Of a DNA stretch of 64,000 nucleotides, positions 24,701 to 38,239 are shown one piece after another. Source of the DNA: Callorhinchus milii (Eukaryota). Where the stretch lies: positions 107,262,001 through 107,326,000 of the forward strand of contig NW_024704743.1 of assembly GCF_018977255.1 (NCBI RefSeq), written 5' to 3'. The position numbers were made by a program, and so were the translations under genes. How positions within the stretch are numbered: position 1 is the stretch's first letter; every line of letters begins with the position of its first letter. The notes below the pieces were generated by a model. The model was not told the DNA's origin. It did not search any database and saw only the letters and a list, made by a program, of their open reading frames with translations.

Positions 24701-26662
24701 TCACAGCAAATACCAAAGCATTTTCTTTGACTTTATGGCATTACAACCAAATCACAAAGCCACTATGCCCAAAGACAAGTTCTCAGTCATTGGGATTTTT
24801 AATTTTTTAAGGAATAAAATAATATTCATTAATATTTGTGTACATTTCTAACACATTCAACTTTGCTCTGAAACAGCTGTCCCTTGAATAAGGAATTAAC
24901 AATAGTTATCATACTTGCATTTGGTACAGTGCCTATAACAACAAAATGTCTCAAAGTGTTTCACAGGTGATTGCCAGCAAAGAATAGTCAGTGTTGAGTG
25001 CCCAGCAAATTCCTTCAATAGAACAGTTTAGCGCTATTAAAGAATCGGTATATATTCTGTGATTATGTATTTGTCCCATTTTCAGATTTATCGTAAGTTT
25101 AGGTTCTGTTAGGTTCCCTTGCTCTACATGTCATTCGCAGATGAAAAGCATTCTACACTAAGGCCTATGCCGAATGTACCCTTGGGGCAGGTATTGGAAG
25201 GTGCGTGTGGGTGACTTGAATCAACTCATGTTTGACTTTCCCTTCCTTCCTGTACACAAACTTCCTGGATGCTCAGGGCCTGCCCAAGGTCAAGAACACA
25301 TGAAGAGTTTTAAATACACAGTAAGTGATCCACACACCAAAGACATATACTCTTCACTCACAAATCCCTAAATTGATGCCGTATTAACTTCTTTTCCTAT
25401 TTTATGTGAATTCACTAAATACAGTAGTTGCTTTGTATGGAATAAATTCCAGGAGGGAAAATTGCAGCCTGTGATATGTTAATTAACCTCTAGTGTACTA
25501 CTTAACATATACTTTGAAAAATGTAACCTTATGATTATTATCACTCCGACCGTTGCCTGGGTGTGATGGAGGTGACGTGCCCTCTCCCCACAACCTTTGG
25601 AGTACTAGTGCTTAGAAGCCCCTAAGTTTGCAGCCCACTGGCTAATAGGATATCAGCCATCTAACCCAGAAAAATCAGAGCAAAGCCATCATACAACCAA
25701 CCAACAATGCAATCCACAAACTGCAAGTCCTAAGCACGGCTCAGCAGGTGTCTATGGGGACCACTATAAGGCACCTGGGGAGGACCACTAGCACACTTGG
25801 AGACCAGTTAATATGTTACCATAAAGTCACTTTCTTCAATGCATAAGATAAATTGGTCATCCCTTCATGACTGTTTGTGGTCAGATTCTGATGGTTCCAT
25901 TATAAAATCACACAATCAAGGTCGGTATGTTAACCAACCAGCAGAATTTCAGCCACTTTCTCTGTGCTCCACAAATATATAGAAGCAATACATAGAAGAA
26001 TATCAGTGATAGACTCTGAACAAATTTTTTTCATAAATGCTATAAATGCATTTTCGTGTGAATATATCACCTCAGTCTTTATTTCAGTATAAGTTTACTG
26101 TTCTATTTTTAGCACAGAATGAGTGCCATGCATTGCTGTATCTATCAGTCATTTCAATTATTGCTTTAACTAACCAATCTATTCACAGCAGACAAAAGCA
26201 ATGTGTAACTATCCAAAGTCAAACCCACACACAAAAAAACTTAAAATTATGTAGAAGTCACCATCAAAGAGCTATTCCATTTCATGAGGCAGTCTATCAG
26301 AGACTCTTGTGAGATCCATCACAGCTGCATTGCCCCCCAGCAAAGTAGTAAAAAAGTCAGAATTTCAATTTAATCTTCACAAGAAATTGGTAATTAACAA
26401 TGAAACAGTTATAAACTGTGTTAAAAGTAGAGGTGAATAATTGCTAAGGGTAGTGACATTGGTGTTGTGTGCTAACAGAGGCAGAGCACAATGTGGTTGT
26501 GGTATTTTTATACTCCACCCAGAATCTCTAGAAAATGGTGCTGAATTGGTGTTATTGTCCCCCTCATCAAAGGCTGAGAAATTCCTCAACTAAGCTTTCA
26601 CATGGCATTTTACAATGCTTTAAATAATTTTAAAATGGATTTTGTAGATGGAGGAATAAAAT

Positions 26663-27300
26663 AATAAGAAATACAGCACAGAAGGAGGCCATTGGCCCAT
26701 TAAGCCTCTGCCTCAGTAGCGAGTAAATCTGAACTTATGCTCTCAAAACCTTTCAGAATTTTGAAGATGTCTATTAGATCTACATGAAACCTTCTTTGTT
26801 TCAGTGAAGCCAGCCCCAGTTTTTGAGTCTATACTGATGACTATAACCTCTCTTAACCAGTATCAACCGTGTGAATCTACACTGCATCCTTTCGGTGGCT
26901 TTGATGTTCTTTCTGTAATGAGGCATCCAGAATTGCACACAGTACTTCAACTGTGGCCTGACCAATGTTTTTGCATAAATTTTGCAACACTTGTTTCTTT
27001 TTGTATTCAATGCTCTGTTGATATAAAACACAGAATCAAAGTGTCTTTCTATAGTCTTTCTAACTGCACTCCCACCTTTAAAGATCACTTTGTTTCTTAA
27101 TGTTGTTAAAAATATTACAATCCAGGGTATACTTCTCTTGTTTGTTTTTCCCATCTCTTTTCAATTTCACATTAAACTGCGCCTGCCACCTATCTTCCCA
27201 CGCGGTTGATTTACGTTCTCCTGCAGTTTCTGCATTCATCTTCAGTTGTTGTTATACTCCCTTATTTGGAATATATATTGTAATTGCTAATACCTGATGT
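26663..27300 (-). mobile_element. CR1 LINE 3' fragment (older, frameshifted)
   Basis: ORF 26801-27154 contains KTLVRPQLKYCVQFWMPHYRKNIKATERMQCRFTRLI; tail cagcacagaaggaggccattggcccat. Confidence 0.9.
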
Positions 27301-27829
27301 TCCCCTCCTATTAAACACATATTATCCATGTCCCTCTGTTTAGCAATATGGAAAATTCTACACGCATAACATTTCGCAGGTTTAATTTTTAAAAAATAAT
27401 TAGAATGTTCTTACACATTGTGTGTCCAGTCATAAATACAATGTGCTGGCAAGTAGTGGCAGGAAATCTGCCCCAAATAGTTGTCTATCCTTCTTTATGT
27501 GTTTATGTCAAGTCACACCAATAAATACTAAAAGTCTACGAAATAAGGTCAAATACTGTGAATAATTGACTCACAGAACCAATTGCAGTAACTCACTAAG
27601 CCAAATGGAATATAGTACCAAGTAGTAATTCATCAAAGCTTTCAGAAATATTAGTGCAGGTAGACTGTAAAGAGCACAGCAAATCTAAAAACATAATTTA
27701 GATACTTTTAACCCAGTGCAGTTCTAATTTGTTTCCACTCATGAGCAACATGAATGACCTTTACAAACAACTCAAGTGTTCTTAAACCAAATGAAGATTC
27801 AAACATTGTTTACTTGACTTTTTTCCCCC

Positions 27830-28100
27830 TTCTAAACCACTTAAATAAAGTGTATCCTTCTCCAACCAGAACACTAGGACTGGTCTGAGCTATAGGCTTA
27901 CTACAGATCCCTTCAATAATATTCCAACTTTGCCAACGACCGTGGCATAATTGGAAAAGGAGATTCAGTTCTGCCTCCTCTCTATAGAGTGCTTCAACAA
28001 GTAATATCTGCATCTGTGTACTCACAGTTCTCATCCAATCATTGACACGTTGCATTTCTATTGAACGATTATCAGGCTTGCCTGCAGATTCAAACCATTT
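27830..28100 (-). mobile_element. Possible ancient RTE-like RT remnant
   Basis: YTDADI / EEAELNLL / VGKVGI in shifting frames, weakly like FADDI..L..LL..KVGL. Confidence 0.25.
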
Positions 28101-29049
28101 CTTGCTAATTCCAATCCACATTGAGGACACCTATCCATTCCATCTCAATCTGAGTTTCAGGACATGTATAAAGGTGTGTAATCATTACAACATATAAAGA
28201 GTAGAAAGCACAAAATAAGAAAATGCCCTTCAAGCCTATTCCACCCACAGACTATTTTTAATCTGTTCTATCATAGATGGTCTCATCCAGTTTATTTTTT
28301 CCCGAATAATTCTGCAAAGTTAATCTTTGTTCTCCCAAGGTGAATTAAGCATTTAACCATTAAACTTCCTAGACCAATTGCCTATCTTTGTATGAAATCT
28401 CCATTGACCAAGCATCTCAGTTAACTGTATTTCACAGAGCGTTCATTATCTTTATTCTTACTTATCCCTTTTACATCTCTATCCATTCACAACCAGGTCT
28501 AACTTGGTCTTAAAAGTGTTAATTACACCATAAACCGCTTTCACTGGGCATATATTTCACATATTGTATTCAATATTGTGTAGGGTACAAATGCAAATTG
28601 CCATACATGATTGAGGTTTATTAATTTTAGACTTAAGAGTCCATTTTCACAACTTGCTTACATCTACATGATTAATTAGTCTCAGCAAAAACCTGGATTA
28701 TGTCCCGTCTTATTGTTCTTAAGTTAAAACAAGTTGACTTTGATGAGTCTCTCTAGGAATGGAGGAGGAGGAATACAAGTAATTGAAATGTTAACAGGCA
28801 AAAATAAATTTGAATTACCAACAATTCTATCACACAAAATGAAAACATTGCTGACATAAATGTGTGAATCTAACTTAGATATGTCCATCTGCCTTTCATT
28901 TCTCCCAATGCATGAACCATGTATGAGAAATTCCACCTGGGTCTAGATTTACTCTATTTGTGTTGCTTTTCAGAATCTGGAGTTTTAATAAGTTGTTGAA
29001 TTCAGCCTTAACTTTGAAGTTGTTTTCTTTAGTTCTGTAGTTTTCTGTA

Positions 29050-29778
29050 AAATGTCTGTCAGATGTCAAGTCCTGGATGAGAGCTAACTTTCTACAATTG
29101 AACCTGATTGGCTCCCGTCAGCGCCTCCTCACCTCAGGTGCTGACAGCAATACCATCCAAGGATGCACACTCCACCTTATTAAGCCAGTCCAGATCTTTT
29201 GGATCTTGTTTGACCCTCAACTATCCTTTCTACCTGACATCCATGCCATGTCCCACTCTTCCTTGACCCATCTTCGCAACATTGCCCGGCTCTGCCCGTG
29301 TCTCATACCACAGGCTGCCAAGACCCTCATATGTGCATTCATAACATCCAAGCTCGACTGTGCAAACTGCCTGCTTGTTGGCCTCTCCAACTCTTCCCTC
29401 CATAGGCTGCAGATCATCCAGAACTCTGCAGCCCGTGTCCTCTCCCGCATTAGGCTCCGTGACCCTATCACCCCCATCCTCGCCCTACTCCACTGACTTC
29501 CCATCACACTGAGGATACAGTTCAAGATCCTGGTCCTCACCTTCAAAGCCCTGCTCCTCCTAACTCTGCAACCTTCTAACGCCCTACCGACCTGCCTGCT
29601 TCCTCCGCTCAGCAGGTTCCAGCCTTCTTCACACACCCTGCTTCACCCGCCCATTGCCGGACAGGCCTTCTTCCACTCTCTCTCCACCCTCTGAAACTCC
29701 ATCCCGCAGTCTCTCCGCCTCGCCCCCTCCTTGCCTCCTTCAAGACCTGTCTCAAGACCCTCCTCTTCAACTGTGCCT
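29050..29778 (+). mobile_element. L2 LINE RT C-terminal fragment
   Basis: ORF 29077-29496 reads MRANFLQLN..LFDPQLSF..AFITSKLDCANCLL..LQIIQNSAARVL..ITPILALLH. Confidence 0.95.
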
Positions 29779-30012
29779 CTTTTGCATCTTCTTTATTGTC
29801 TCTGCATCCTTTCTATAATACGGGGACCAGAACTGTACCCAGTTCCCCAAGTGTGGTCTAAACAAGGTTCGATATACGTTTAGCATAACTTTCCTGCTTT
29901 TAATTTCTACCCCTTGGTTTGCTTTTTTTATGGCCTTATTAACCTGTGGCTACTTTTAACGATTTGTGTATCTCTAACCTTAGATCCTTTTGCTCCTCTA
30001 CTCCATTTAGAT
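29779..30012 (-). mobile_element. Internal CR1 ORF2 fragment
   Basis: gaccagaactgtacccagttccccaagtgtggtctaaacaagg (LxRPHLxxxVQFWSP), homologous to 18900-19150; lacks the CR1 tail. Confidence 0.85.
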
Positions 30013-30409
30013 TCGCTCTGAGACGCCATTTGGCATGGAGGGCCCTATATAAATCCAAGTTGTTGTTGTAGAATCTTATCAAACTCCAGAGTCTCTGAAA
30101 TGCTGCATAAATAGAGTAAAGCTAGACCCAGGTTTCTCTCCACTAGCTTGTAGCTGGGTCAAATCTTTTTCATAGGGTGTAAGAATTTTGATACAGGCAA
30201 CAAGAAAGGAATGTGATTAGATCCCCATTCAGACACTAGGGCAATATTTATAAAGACAGAAAATAATTATAATTCTGCTATGACACATTAGACCATCAAT
30301 CAAACGTAATGAAAATCAACAGTCCTTTTTTTATATATGAAACATCTACCTGTTCTGACACAGGTACCTCGATATAAGCAACCACTTTGAAACTGGAAGG
30401 TTGATTAAT

Positions 30410-30585
30410 AAATTATTAATATCATTATCATAAATAATAAATAATTCCAGCATTTGATATTGTGCTTTTCGTGTCAGGAAAGCGCTCAAAGTGCTTCAAA
30501 TGATTTATTTTACTTCTAAAATATAGTGACTATTTTTATTTGTAGGTGAACGCGGCAGCCAATTTTGCACAAAGCAATGTCCTGT
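30410..30585 (-). mobile_element. SINE 3' fragment
   Basis: (TAA)n..catttgatat...gtaggtgaacgcggcagccaattttgcacaaagcaatgtcc. Confidence 0.75.
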
Positions 30586-32729
30586 TGAAGGCTTGGAACC
30601 ATGGCCACTGTTAAAAACATTTTCGGGAAACAAGCGTGCTGTTGCTCTGTGGAAAATGTGAATGCACTGTAAAAATTTGATATGTCCTCCTTCTACAAGG
30701 TATATTCTGCTTAATAAAACTACTTCATCACTTTCCATTAGTGATCCTTGTTAAACAATGCACTGAATTTTACTGCGGCACAGGGCAACAATATTTCAGT
30801 ACTCCTACGACGTCTAGATTTGTTTTAATTATACTTTGCTGAGCAGTGCAACTGGCTACATTTCTTGGAAAAATACTTTACTTTACTGTTTTAGCAATTT
30901 AAGGCTAATTCTGTTAACCCGCACATCTAAAAGGATCAGTCCCCTCAGGGTTCAATTAGAAGAAAACCCAATTTAAATCTGAATGTCAACACTGGCTTCT
31001 CACAGACAGCATTTCCAATAGAATAGGCTTCTTTACACTTCATCTTAGTCTCCTGATTACTAGTTTTTTTTAAAAAACTTACTACGAGTGCATGCAGATT
31101 TTTTTTTATTAAATACGATTAAGGAAGGGCCATTGTTAATATCACAATGCACCTACTACTCTGAGCAGCCGTGGTGGACAGGATGCCAAATTGAATTACA
31201 GAGATTTTTGAACATATAGCTGAATAATAAGCAGCTGAAAGTAGGTCAGGGTTCTAAGTGATGGACCAGTTCCACTCCCCCAAAACATACAATAGGAAAA
31301 TGTCTGCAGCCTCTGATGGAAGGCATCTTTGTGTTATGCATGTTGTGTGCATTTTTGCTATTCCTTTACCTTTCCTGTTTCAGAAAAAAATTGCCTATTT
31401 TGGCAGAATGCGTCATTTCAAATAAGGAAAATTATACTGCATTTATTTCATTAACCCACTAATTGTACCAGATGTCCCTCATTTTTTGGTATATTAATTC
31501 CCAATAATGATTACGTAGGACAGAAGACTAGATGCAGTCACTGCTATTTTAACTGAATTCTGAAATACAGATATGCTGATAGCACAGGAAGGGAAGCTTT
31601 TAGGCTTTAATGTAAAAATAATCTTGCAACCACAACATCAATAACTAGGTGAGTGGAAAAACATTTGGTTTCCTCCTGTCATAACTGTGTATGTTATTTT
31701 TTGTAATTATTAAAATAAAAGTAGCTCAGGCTTCAATTATTATAGGTCATGTCACAACTAATACACTGCAGTAATGAGAAATTAAATAGAATGTGATGTG
31801 ATCAATAGGCACAATTCTCTTTGAGAACATCAACTGCTACATTGAAAACTGGCACAAGGTACTGCACTTTAATGGCGAATTTCAATATCTATCTGCTGGC
31901 CTAAAGTATCTCCACTGGGATTTGATGCAAATAAAGCAGCACTGAACAGCACAGATCACTCCTACGGAAATCGAAACAATTTTTTTTCATAACAAATGCA
32001 ACGTATTTCTTGATGAAGTACATTTTATTCTGAGAAAGCCCACATCACCATGCAAGTTGCAATCAATTTCTACCATTCGATTGCGGTATTTTCATATTTT
32101 TGACAGGATCAAATTCGCCTGCGACACTATCACTTCTCTCAATTTAGGGATGTGCAAGATTAGGATTGGACAGGTTTCTTGGGCACAATTACTGTTGGCT
32201 ATTTGATCAAGTTTGGCTGTTTATTTCCTGCCACTTACCAAGTACTTGAAAATGCTACCATTTTAAACAGGGCTCAGTGATATCAGTACAATAGACACTC
32301 ACCCGGAATTCAACAGGAAATGTAAAAAGCCCTGCAGGCAGTAAATGACCCACAATGGAACTCAAATCCAACTCTTTTGCTCACGTCATTTAGAATTAGA
32401 AGATATATTTTTCTTATGGCTTACAAATTGCAAGATTCAACGATTGCTTGGCAGGAAAGCAACATTTGGGTAAAACAGCCATTAGTGTTAAGTGGAAAAG
32501 GTTAGAAGCAATTCATATTTTTGTGGTCAGTGCTGTGGTCCACCAGCACACAGCTAATAAATAGACCATACACATCATTAAAAACAGCTCATTTGTATTT
32601 TGCAGAACGTTGCATAAATTGGATCTTCCTTTATCCATTGGGTATTTGAAAATAGCTTCAATATATTGTGGAAGACAATTATTTTTGCCTTTCAGTTGCT
32701 GTTACTGAGAAACTGTGGTTCCACAATGC

Positions 32730-32947
32730 AGAAGAGAAATTCCATCTGGATCTAGATTGACTCTTATTTTCTTAACATTTCATAGTGTTCAGAATTTGGC
32801 AATTTCTGAAACAGCCTTCATTTTGAAACCATTTCTCTGTAAGTTTCATTTAAGAACTCCAGAAAAACAGCTTCAAAGACTCAATTCAATAATTTGCCAA
32901 ATTTTGGATTTTCTGAAATGCTAAGACCCGAGTGGAATTTCTACCCT
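32730..32947. mobile_element. Palindromic MITE-like element
   Basis: Termini gaaattccatctggatct / agacccgagtggaatttc; inner cagaatttggcaa / ttgccaaattttg. Confidence 0.75.
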
Positions 32948-33523
32948 CATAATAATGTGACTGAATGTGCTGGGTAATTAATAAAATATCACAATACTGT
33001 CGTACTACTACTAATGGTTTGGAAATGTGTATATATTTCTGGGTGGAAATCAGTGAACAAATATTTACTCCACTGGAAGACTAAATCTCAATGTCTTATC
33101 AACGAGAGATATGCTTAATAACATCATTCAGAAATACTTTCACTCTAGATTTTATTTTGGTCCACTTAATATGTCAATACTATATCACATAGGACAAACA
33201 GAATAATGTACTAAGAGTTACCCTTTTTCATCTAATTGAAACAATGTATGAAGCAATGGGGAATAGCTCCAATGATTACCAGTTTGAAAGGACTGTGTGT
33301 GTGGTGTGTGAGGAACTCTTTCATGTTCAGCTCTTGCTTATACTGCCCGATACAGTGGTTAAGATCGTAATCAGTTTGGTGAGTAATGCCAAGTATCAGT
33401 TTTAGGATTTGCATTGCACTTGGCTGGGCGTTTCAGCATATTTGAAATCGGCGGAGATCGATGAGAAAGATATAAAGTGCAATAGGAATCAAAACACTTT
33501 TGAGAAATTATGTAAAATAAAAA

Positions 33524-33566
33524 AATTGTTCAATGGTGCCTTATTATAAGGCACCATTGAACAATT
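33524..33566. repeat. Perfect 43-bp palindrome (21-bp arms, 1-nt spacer)
   Basis: aattgttcaatggtgccttat-t-ataaggcaccattgaacaatt. Confidence 0.97.
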
Positions 33567-34100
33567 CAGAGGTGCAACACATTAGCTTATAATAAGCTCC
33601 AAAATTAGACTTTTGGATAAGAAATTTCTCTCATCAGTAGGCACTTCAGCAATGATAAGTATTATTTTCTCATTATAAGTTCAATACCTAGTAACAAGTG
33701 GAATTTCACCCCTCTGTAACACACACACACCACACAAACAAACAACTCTCAATAACATATATAATTTTTTTAAAGTGGTAAAGATTATCATTATTAGACT
33801 TTTTAAATATGGACTCTCTATAGGTTCACATCTCCCTAGTTTTTTTTAATTTCTACCCATTTTAGGCTGTTTGCCACAAGACACTGGAGCCAGTTAAGAA
33901 GCTGTAAGGTACTGGATTCAGTTTCTCCTTTGTAAGTTTTATCGAGGTTTTATCTACAGAAACTTTTGTGATGTTAACAGTATTCCTGAATCCTAAATGA
34001 TGAATTTCAAAATATTAGACTCTTTAATAATGGGTATATTATCTGCACTTCGAACTTGGGGAAATTTATGTTGGTAATATTGAATCCAGTGGATAAACAT

Positions 34101-34345
34101 AGGGTTTATCAAATTCTACCTGGTTCTAGACTTACTACAGTTCTGTAGCATTTCAACATGTGCAGAATTTAGCAAATTCTTAAATACAGCTTTAATGTTA
34201 AAAATGGTATTCTGCAAGTTCTTTTAAGGGCTACACAGAAAACAATATCAAACATTAAGTATGAATTCAACAATTTGCCAAATTCTCGATGCTCTAAAAT
34301 GCTGCTTAACAGAGCAAATCTGGATCCAGGTGGAATTTCGCCCCC
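34101..34345. mobile_element. Palindromic MITE-like element
   Basis: Arms aaattctacctggttctagacttact / agcaaatctggatccaggtggaattt (21/26 inverted match); homologous to the copies at 32730 and 28927. Confidence 0.8.
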
Positions 34346-34963
34346 ATTTATCCGCACTTTTATCCGTACAATCAAATTCAAAGCAAAAGTTCAAACAATG
34401 TCCTAAAACTAAACTCCACAGAATGAAGAAATTTAATTGCTACCATCAGGTACGCATTATCCTTTGCGGTTTTAGCACGAGCTTTATTAGTATTAGTATT
34501 CTAACTGTGATGCAGTAGCTATGACGATAGAGGTTCAATAAAGCAGGAGAGCAAATGAGAGAATGATTTGGGGAATGGTACCACAGAAAAACCCTTCTAT
34601 TCTAGCTGAAGATGATCGGGATACCTACCAGATACACCACAAAAACACATCTCTGAACAACACACAGTTCACAAATGTCCAATTGACTTTTGATTTAAGA
34701 AGAAAAAAAACTGTATTTATAATGGCCAAGAGTTTGGAAACAATAGAATGGGTCTTACAGGATTAAAAAAATCTTTTTAACAAGCACTGAAACTTGTTAC
34801 ATCTGGGGGAAAAGCTGCCAAGAAAAAAAACCTTGTAAAACACAAAAAACCCTGAAATAACAAAATACATTTGCAGCATCACACTTCATTAATTTTCACA
34901 TAGTGCTCATTGTGGTAGTAATTCTGTTTGTTATAAAAATAGCCTTTTGCAACACTGAAGCAG

Positions 34964-35012
34964 GAGAGAGGGAGAGAGAGAGAGAGAGAGAAAGAGCGCA
35001 AAAGAGAGAGAG
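34964..35012 (+). repeat. (GA)n microsatellite, interrupted
   Basis: Read directly. Confidence 0.9.
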
Positions 35013-37563
35013 AACATGAATTAATGGAGATCGACAGAAATAGGACACCTACTTACTTCATACTTTTTATTCAGCCTTACTTATATTCATAATTCCTGGA
35101 ATTGCTGTCAGTTTCAAAAGAGGCTGCAGAAAGTACTTGAGAAGCTCCAGTATTTGCTTTATAAATAATAGGGAATAACTAATATTTTAATTCTGTACCT
35201 TTTTCCCTCTGCTTTTCCATTCCGAATTTTTCCATCCTAAATTTCATAGCTTTGCCTAACTCAAATACAGTAAACCTAATCATGACACATATTCAGTGAC
35301 CCATAGATCAGGCCTACATTCGAGTCCTGAAACCCACAAGCTTACAAAAAAAAATTTAAAGAAAAAAACAGAAATGTTAATGTTATCTATTCCTACAAGT
35401 ATTACCTACGCTTTTCTTCACAGTGTATTAAGAGGCTGGCGTTATACGTGAATGCCAAATTTCCCAATTCTGCCCTAGTGCATCGATGATGGATGCGAAA
35501 ATAAATCCTAATGGTATGGTCTCAGGTGTCACATATTGGGATTATTTATTCGAATACATATTCGTCAGGTACCAAATCATTTCTTAACCAGATTTTATAA
35601 CTAGCTCCATTGGTGTACACCAGCTGCCTGTTTCTTGCCAACAGTTACTGTGGAAATTTTTTTTAAGGAAGTGGAGGAGATTTGGTTAAAGAGGCAGGAA
35701 TTCTATTATTGATCTCCCTTAGATAAGTTGTTTGAGAGAAAACAGAATCTGCAAGAAGAGTGAAAGTTGAGAGAATTAAGCAAAGTGAAATAAGCATGAG
35801 AGATACAATGGGAGGCAGTAAGAGTGCTGGACTGGCAGGACTACATCTAAGCAATTTGCAGACAGTCGTATGGAGGCGGTTGATGGAAACTATATGTTGC
35901 ATAATAGAAATGTTCCTGTTATTTCCGTTGATGTTACATAGGTTTAAACTGCAGGTTGGGTTGACAATCTAAACTCAAAATTTTTAAACACGTATGAGTG
36001 ATATGAATTGTGCAATAAATAACAATAAATTGTAGTCACCTACAATCCTTTACATTGGTTAACTAACTAAATAAGAGACCCTATAATTACTTATGTGCAC
36101 ATGTTTGCACAGATTAGCACAACCCATACATTTTACACAGTTAACACAACCTGCATATTCAACTCTTATATCTGCATTTGTTACATTGTCTTTTGACTAA
36201 CTCTGTCTGACAGACATCTCTGCATTCTATCACATTTTATTATGCAGGTTGTCTTTTCTGTAATTCGTAACCTTTTTTTATTTCACTTTGTTCTTTCTGA
36301 CTTTGATTATTTTTCATATATATTCTTTAATAAATGTTTCTCTTTCCCTTTGATCTAGTTCTCTTGTTTTATCCTCCTGATGTATCTTTCTCTCTCAATC
36401 TATTCTCTCGTGATCGATCTTTAAATGTATTCCTATCCCTGGTCTATTGTGCACTCTTTCCCTCATGGGACTTTAGTTCTTCTGTCTGTAGAACTGGAAG
36501 TGAAGTGAAAGACCCAGTAGCATTTTAAGTCTGTTGAACTTCATTTGCATTGGAAGGAAACCTTAATCATGAACTACAGTGAAACAAAAACTCAGGATAT
36601 TCTGGCTAAAACACACCTCAATATATTGAAGGAGAACATTTCTGATCACACACTTTAAACAAATGCTACCTTTCGTAAATGAAGTAAAAATAAGACAGCC
36701 AGTTAGGTCTGAAATGCCGCTAAAATGATGTCAGATTCTTTAATGCATTTCAGTTATTTAAGATCTTCTACACTTAACGCCCTTCCACCTGCCCTAAAAT
36801 TAGGACCTTAAACCACTGAAAACCAATATGTGGATGCACCCTGATATGCAAGGCTTCTCCTCTGGGGCTGAGAATACGATATCTTGTTATTCTGGTGACA
36901 TCTTACATTCTGTCACCAAACCTCAAGTGACCTTAATAATCCTTACATTTGCTGCAGCATCAGAAACTACAACCCTAACCTCCAGAATTCCCTCCGTCTC
37001 ACCTACTCCCTCTCTATCAGTCTTTCATTCCAACAAAAGCCCTATCTGTTTGACTTGCTTAGGGTCGCCTCCCCCTTTTCCCTCCCGTCTCCCTTCTCCT
37101 TAGCTCAGAATCCGAAGCCCCACCGAAATATTATCCTATACCAAAGGGGCTATATGAACGTAATCTGTTTTTGATGTTATTTTATTATTTCTCTGTGCTT
37201 ATACAGAACAGGTCCTATATATAACCAATGCAATCCAGTAATGTATTGCTAGTTCCTAATATGTTAACAAATGAATTTATAGGTTATTAATCATATCTTT
37301 TATGGTCTTCTATTTCACCAACACGAGTATTACTAATATAGTTATGTACAAAATAATGAATAAAAACTAAAAAATATACTTGTACCTAGAACTATTTACA
37401 AAGATTACAGAAAGTACTGCTATTTTTAATTGCATACTTCAAGGTGTCACATTCCCTTCCTGTTAGACTACAAAGGATCACTTTTGAATTAACTTTTATG
37501 GTCAGATTTCGATTGATTTCTCTCTAAAACTGCTATTCAGCACTACACAAGGTTTTTTTGACA

Positions 37564-37712
37564 AATCATAGATTTATAGAATTATACAGCACAGAAGGAG
37601 GCCATTCAGCCCATCGTGTCTGTGCCGGCTCTTTGAAAAGAGCTATCCAAATCAATCCCACTCCCCAGCTTTCTCCCCGTTGCCCTGCAAACTTGTCCTC
37701 CCCAAATAATTA
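37564..37712 (-). mobile_element. CR1 3' tail
   Basis: atacagcacagaaggaggccattcagcccatc...aagagctatccaaatcaatcccactcccc, near identical to 18455-18560. Confidence 0.9.
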
Positions 37713-37842
37713 TTTAAATGAACAGGAAGTTTCTAAATGAGTGCCTTTCAGTGTTTTGTCTGCGATGTCATACAAAGTGGATTACCTTTGCATTGATGGC
37801 ACATAAAAAACAGTAACAAATACAACAGTAGTAAAACAGCAA

Positions 37843-38060
37843 ATTTACATTTATATAGCATCTTTCACATCAGGAGGATGTCTCAAAGATGCAGTTGAAA
37901 AGAAAGGTCTTGAGGCAGACATTAAAGGTGCAGTGGGAGGAAGTGAAGTGGAGAGACTCTGGGATGGAGTTCCCGGGTGCAGGGTAGAATGATTGAAAGC
38001 TCATCCACTGATAGTGAGGTGCGTCAGGCATGGACATGAAGCAGGCTGGTGTTCGGTGAG
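37843..38060 (-). mobile_element. L2 3' fragment
   Basis: L2 tail joined to gcagttgaaaagaaaggtcttgagg...gactctgggatggagttcc...gacatgaagcaggc. Confidence 0.8.
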
Positions 38061-38239
38061 CAAGTAAACTGATAAAAATTATATTGCACAAAAATAAAGG
38101 TAAAATGGCTCATTATTTTGATATGATTTGTATTTTGGCAGAGGTGGTTTCTAGTTTAACCAACCTCTCAAAATGTAGACCACATGTTGGTATGAAATCA
38201 TCTGAGTTTATTAACCTATTGAATACTGATCATGTAGAT

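Larger units (their letters stand above)
28927..30135. mobile_element. Palindromic MITE-like element split by an L2/CR1 insertion
   Basis: 28936-28959 cctgggtctagatttactctattt and 30109-30132 aaatagagtaaagctagacccagg are inverted repeats (23/24). Confidence 0.8.
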
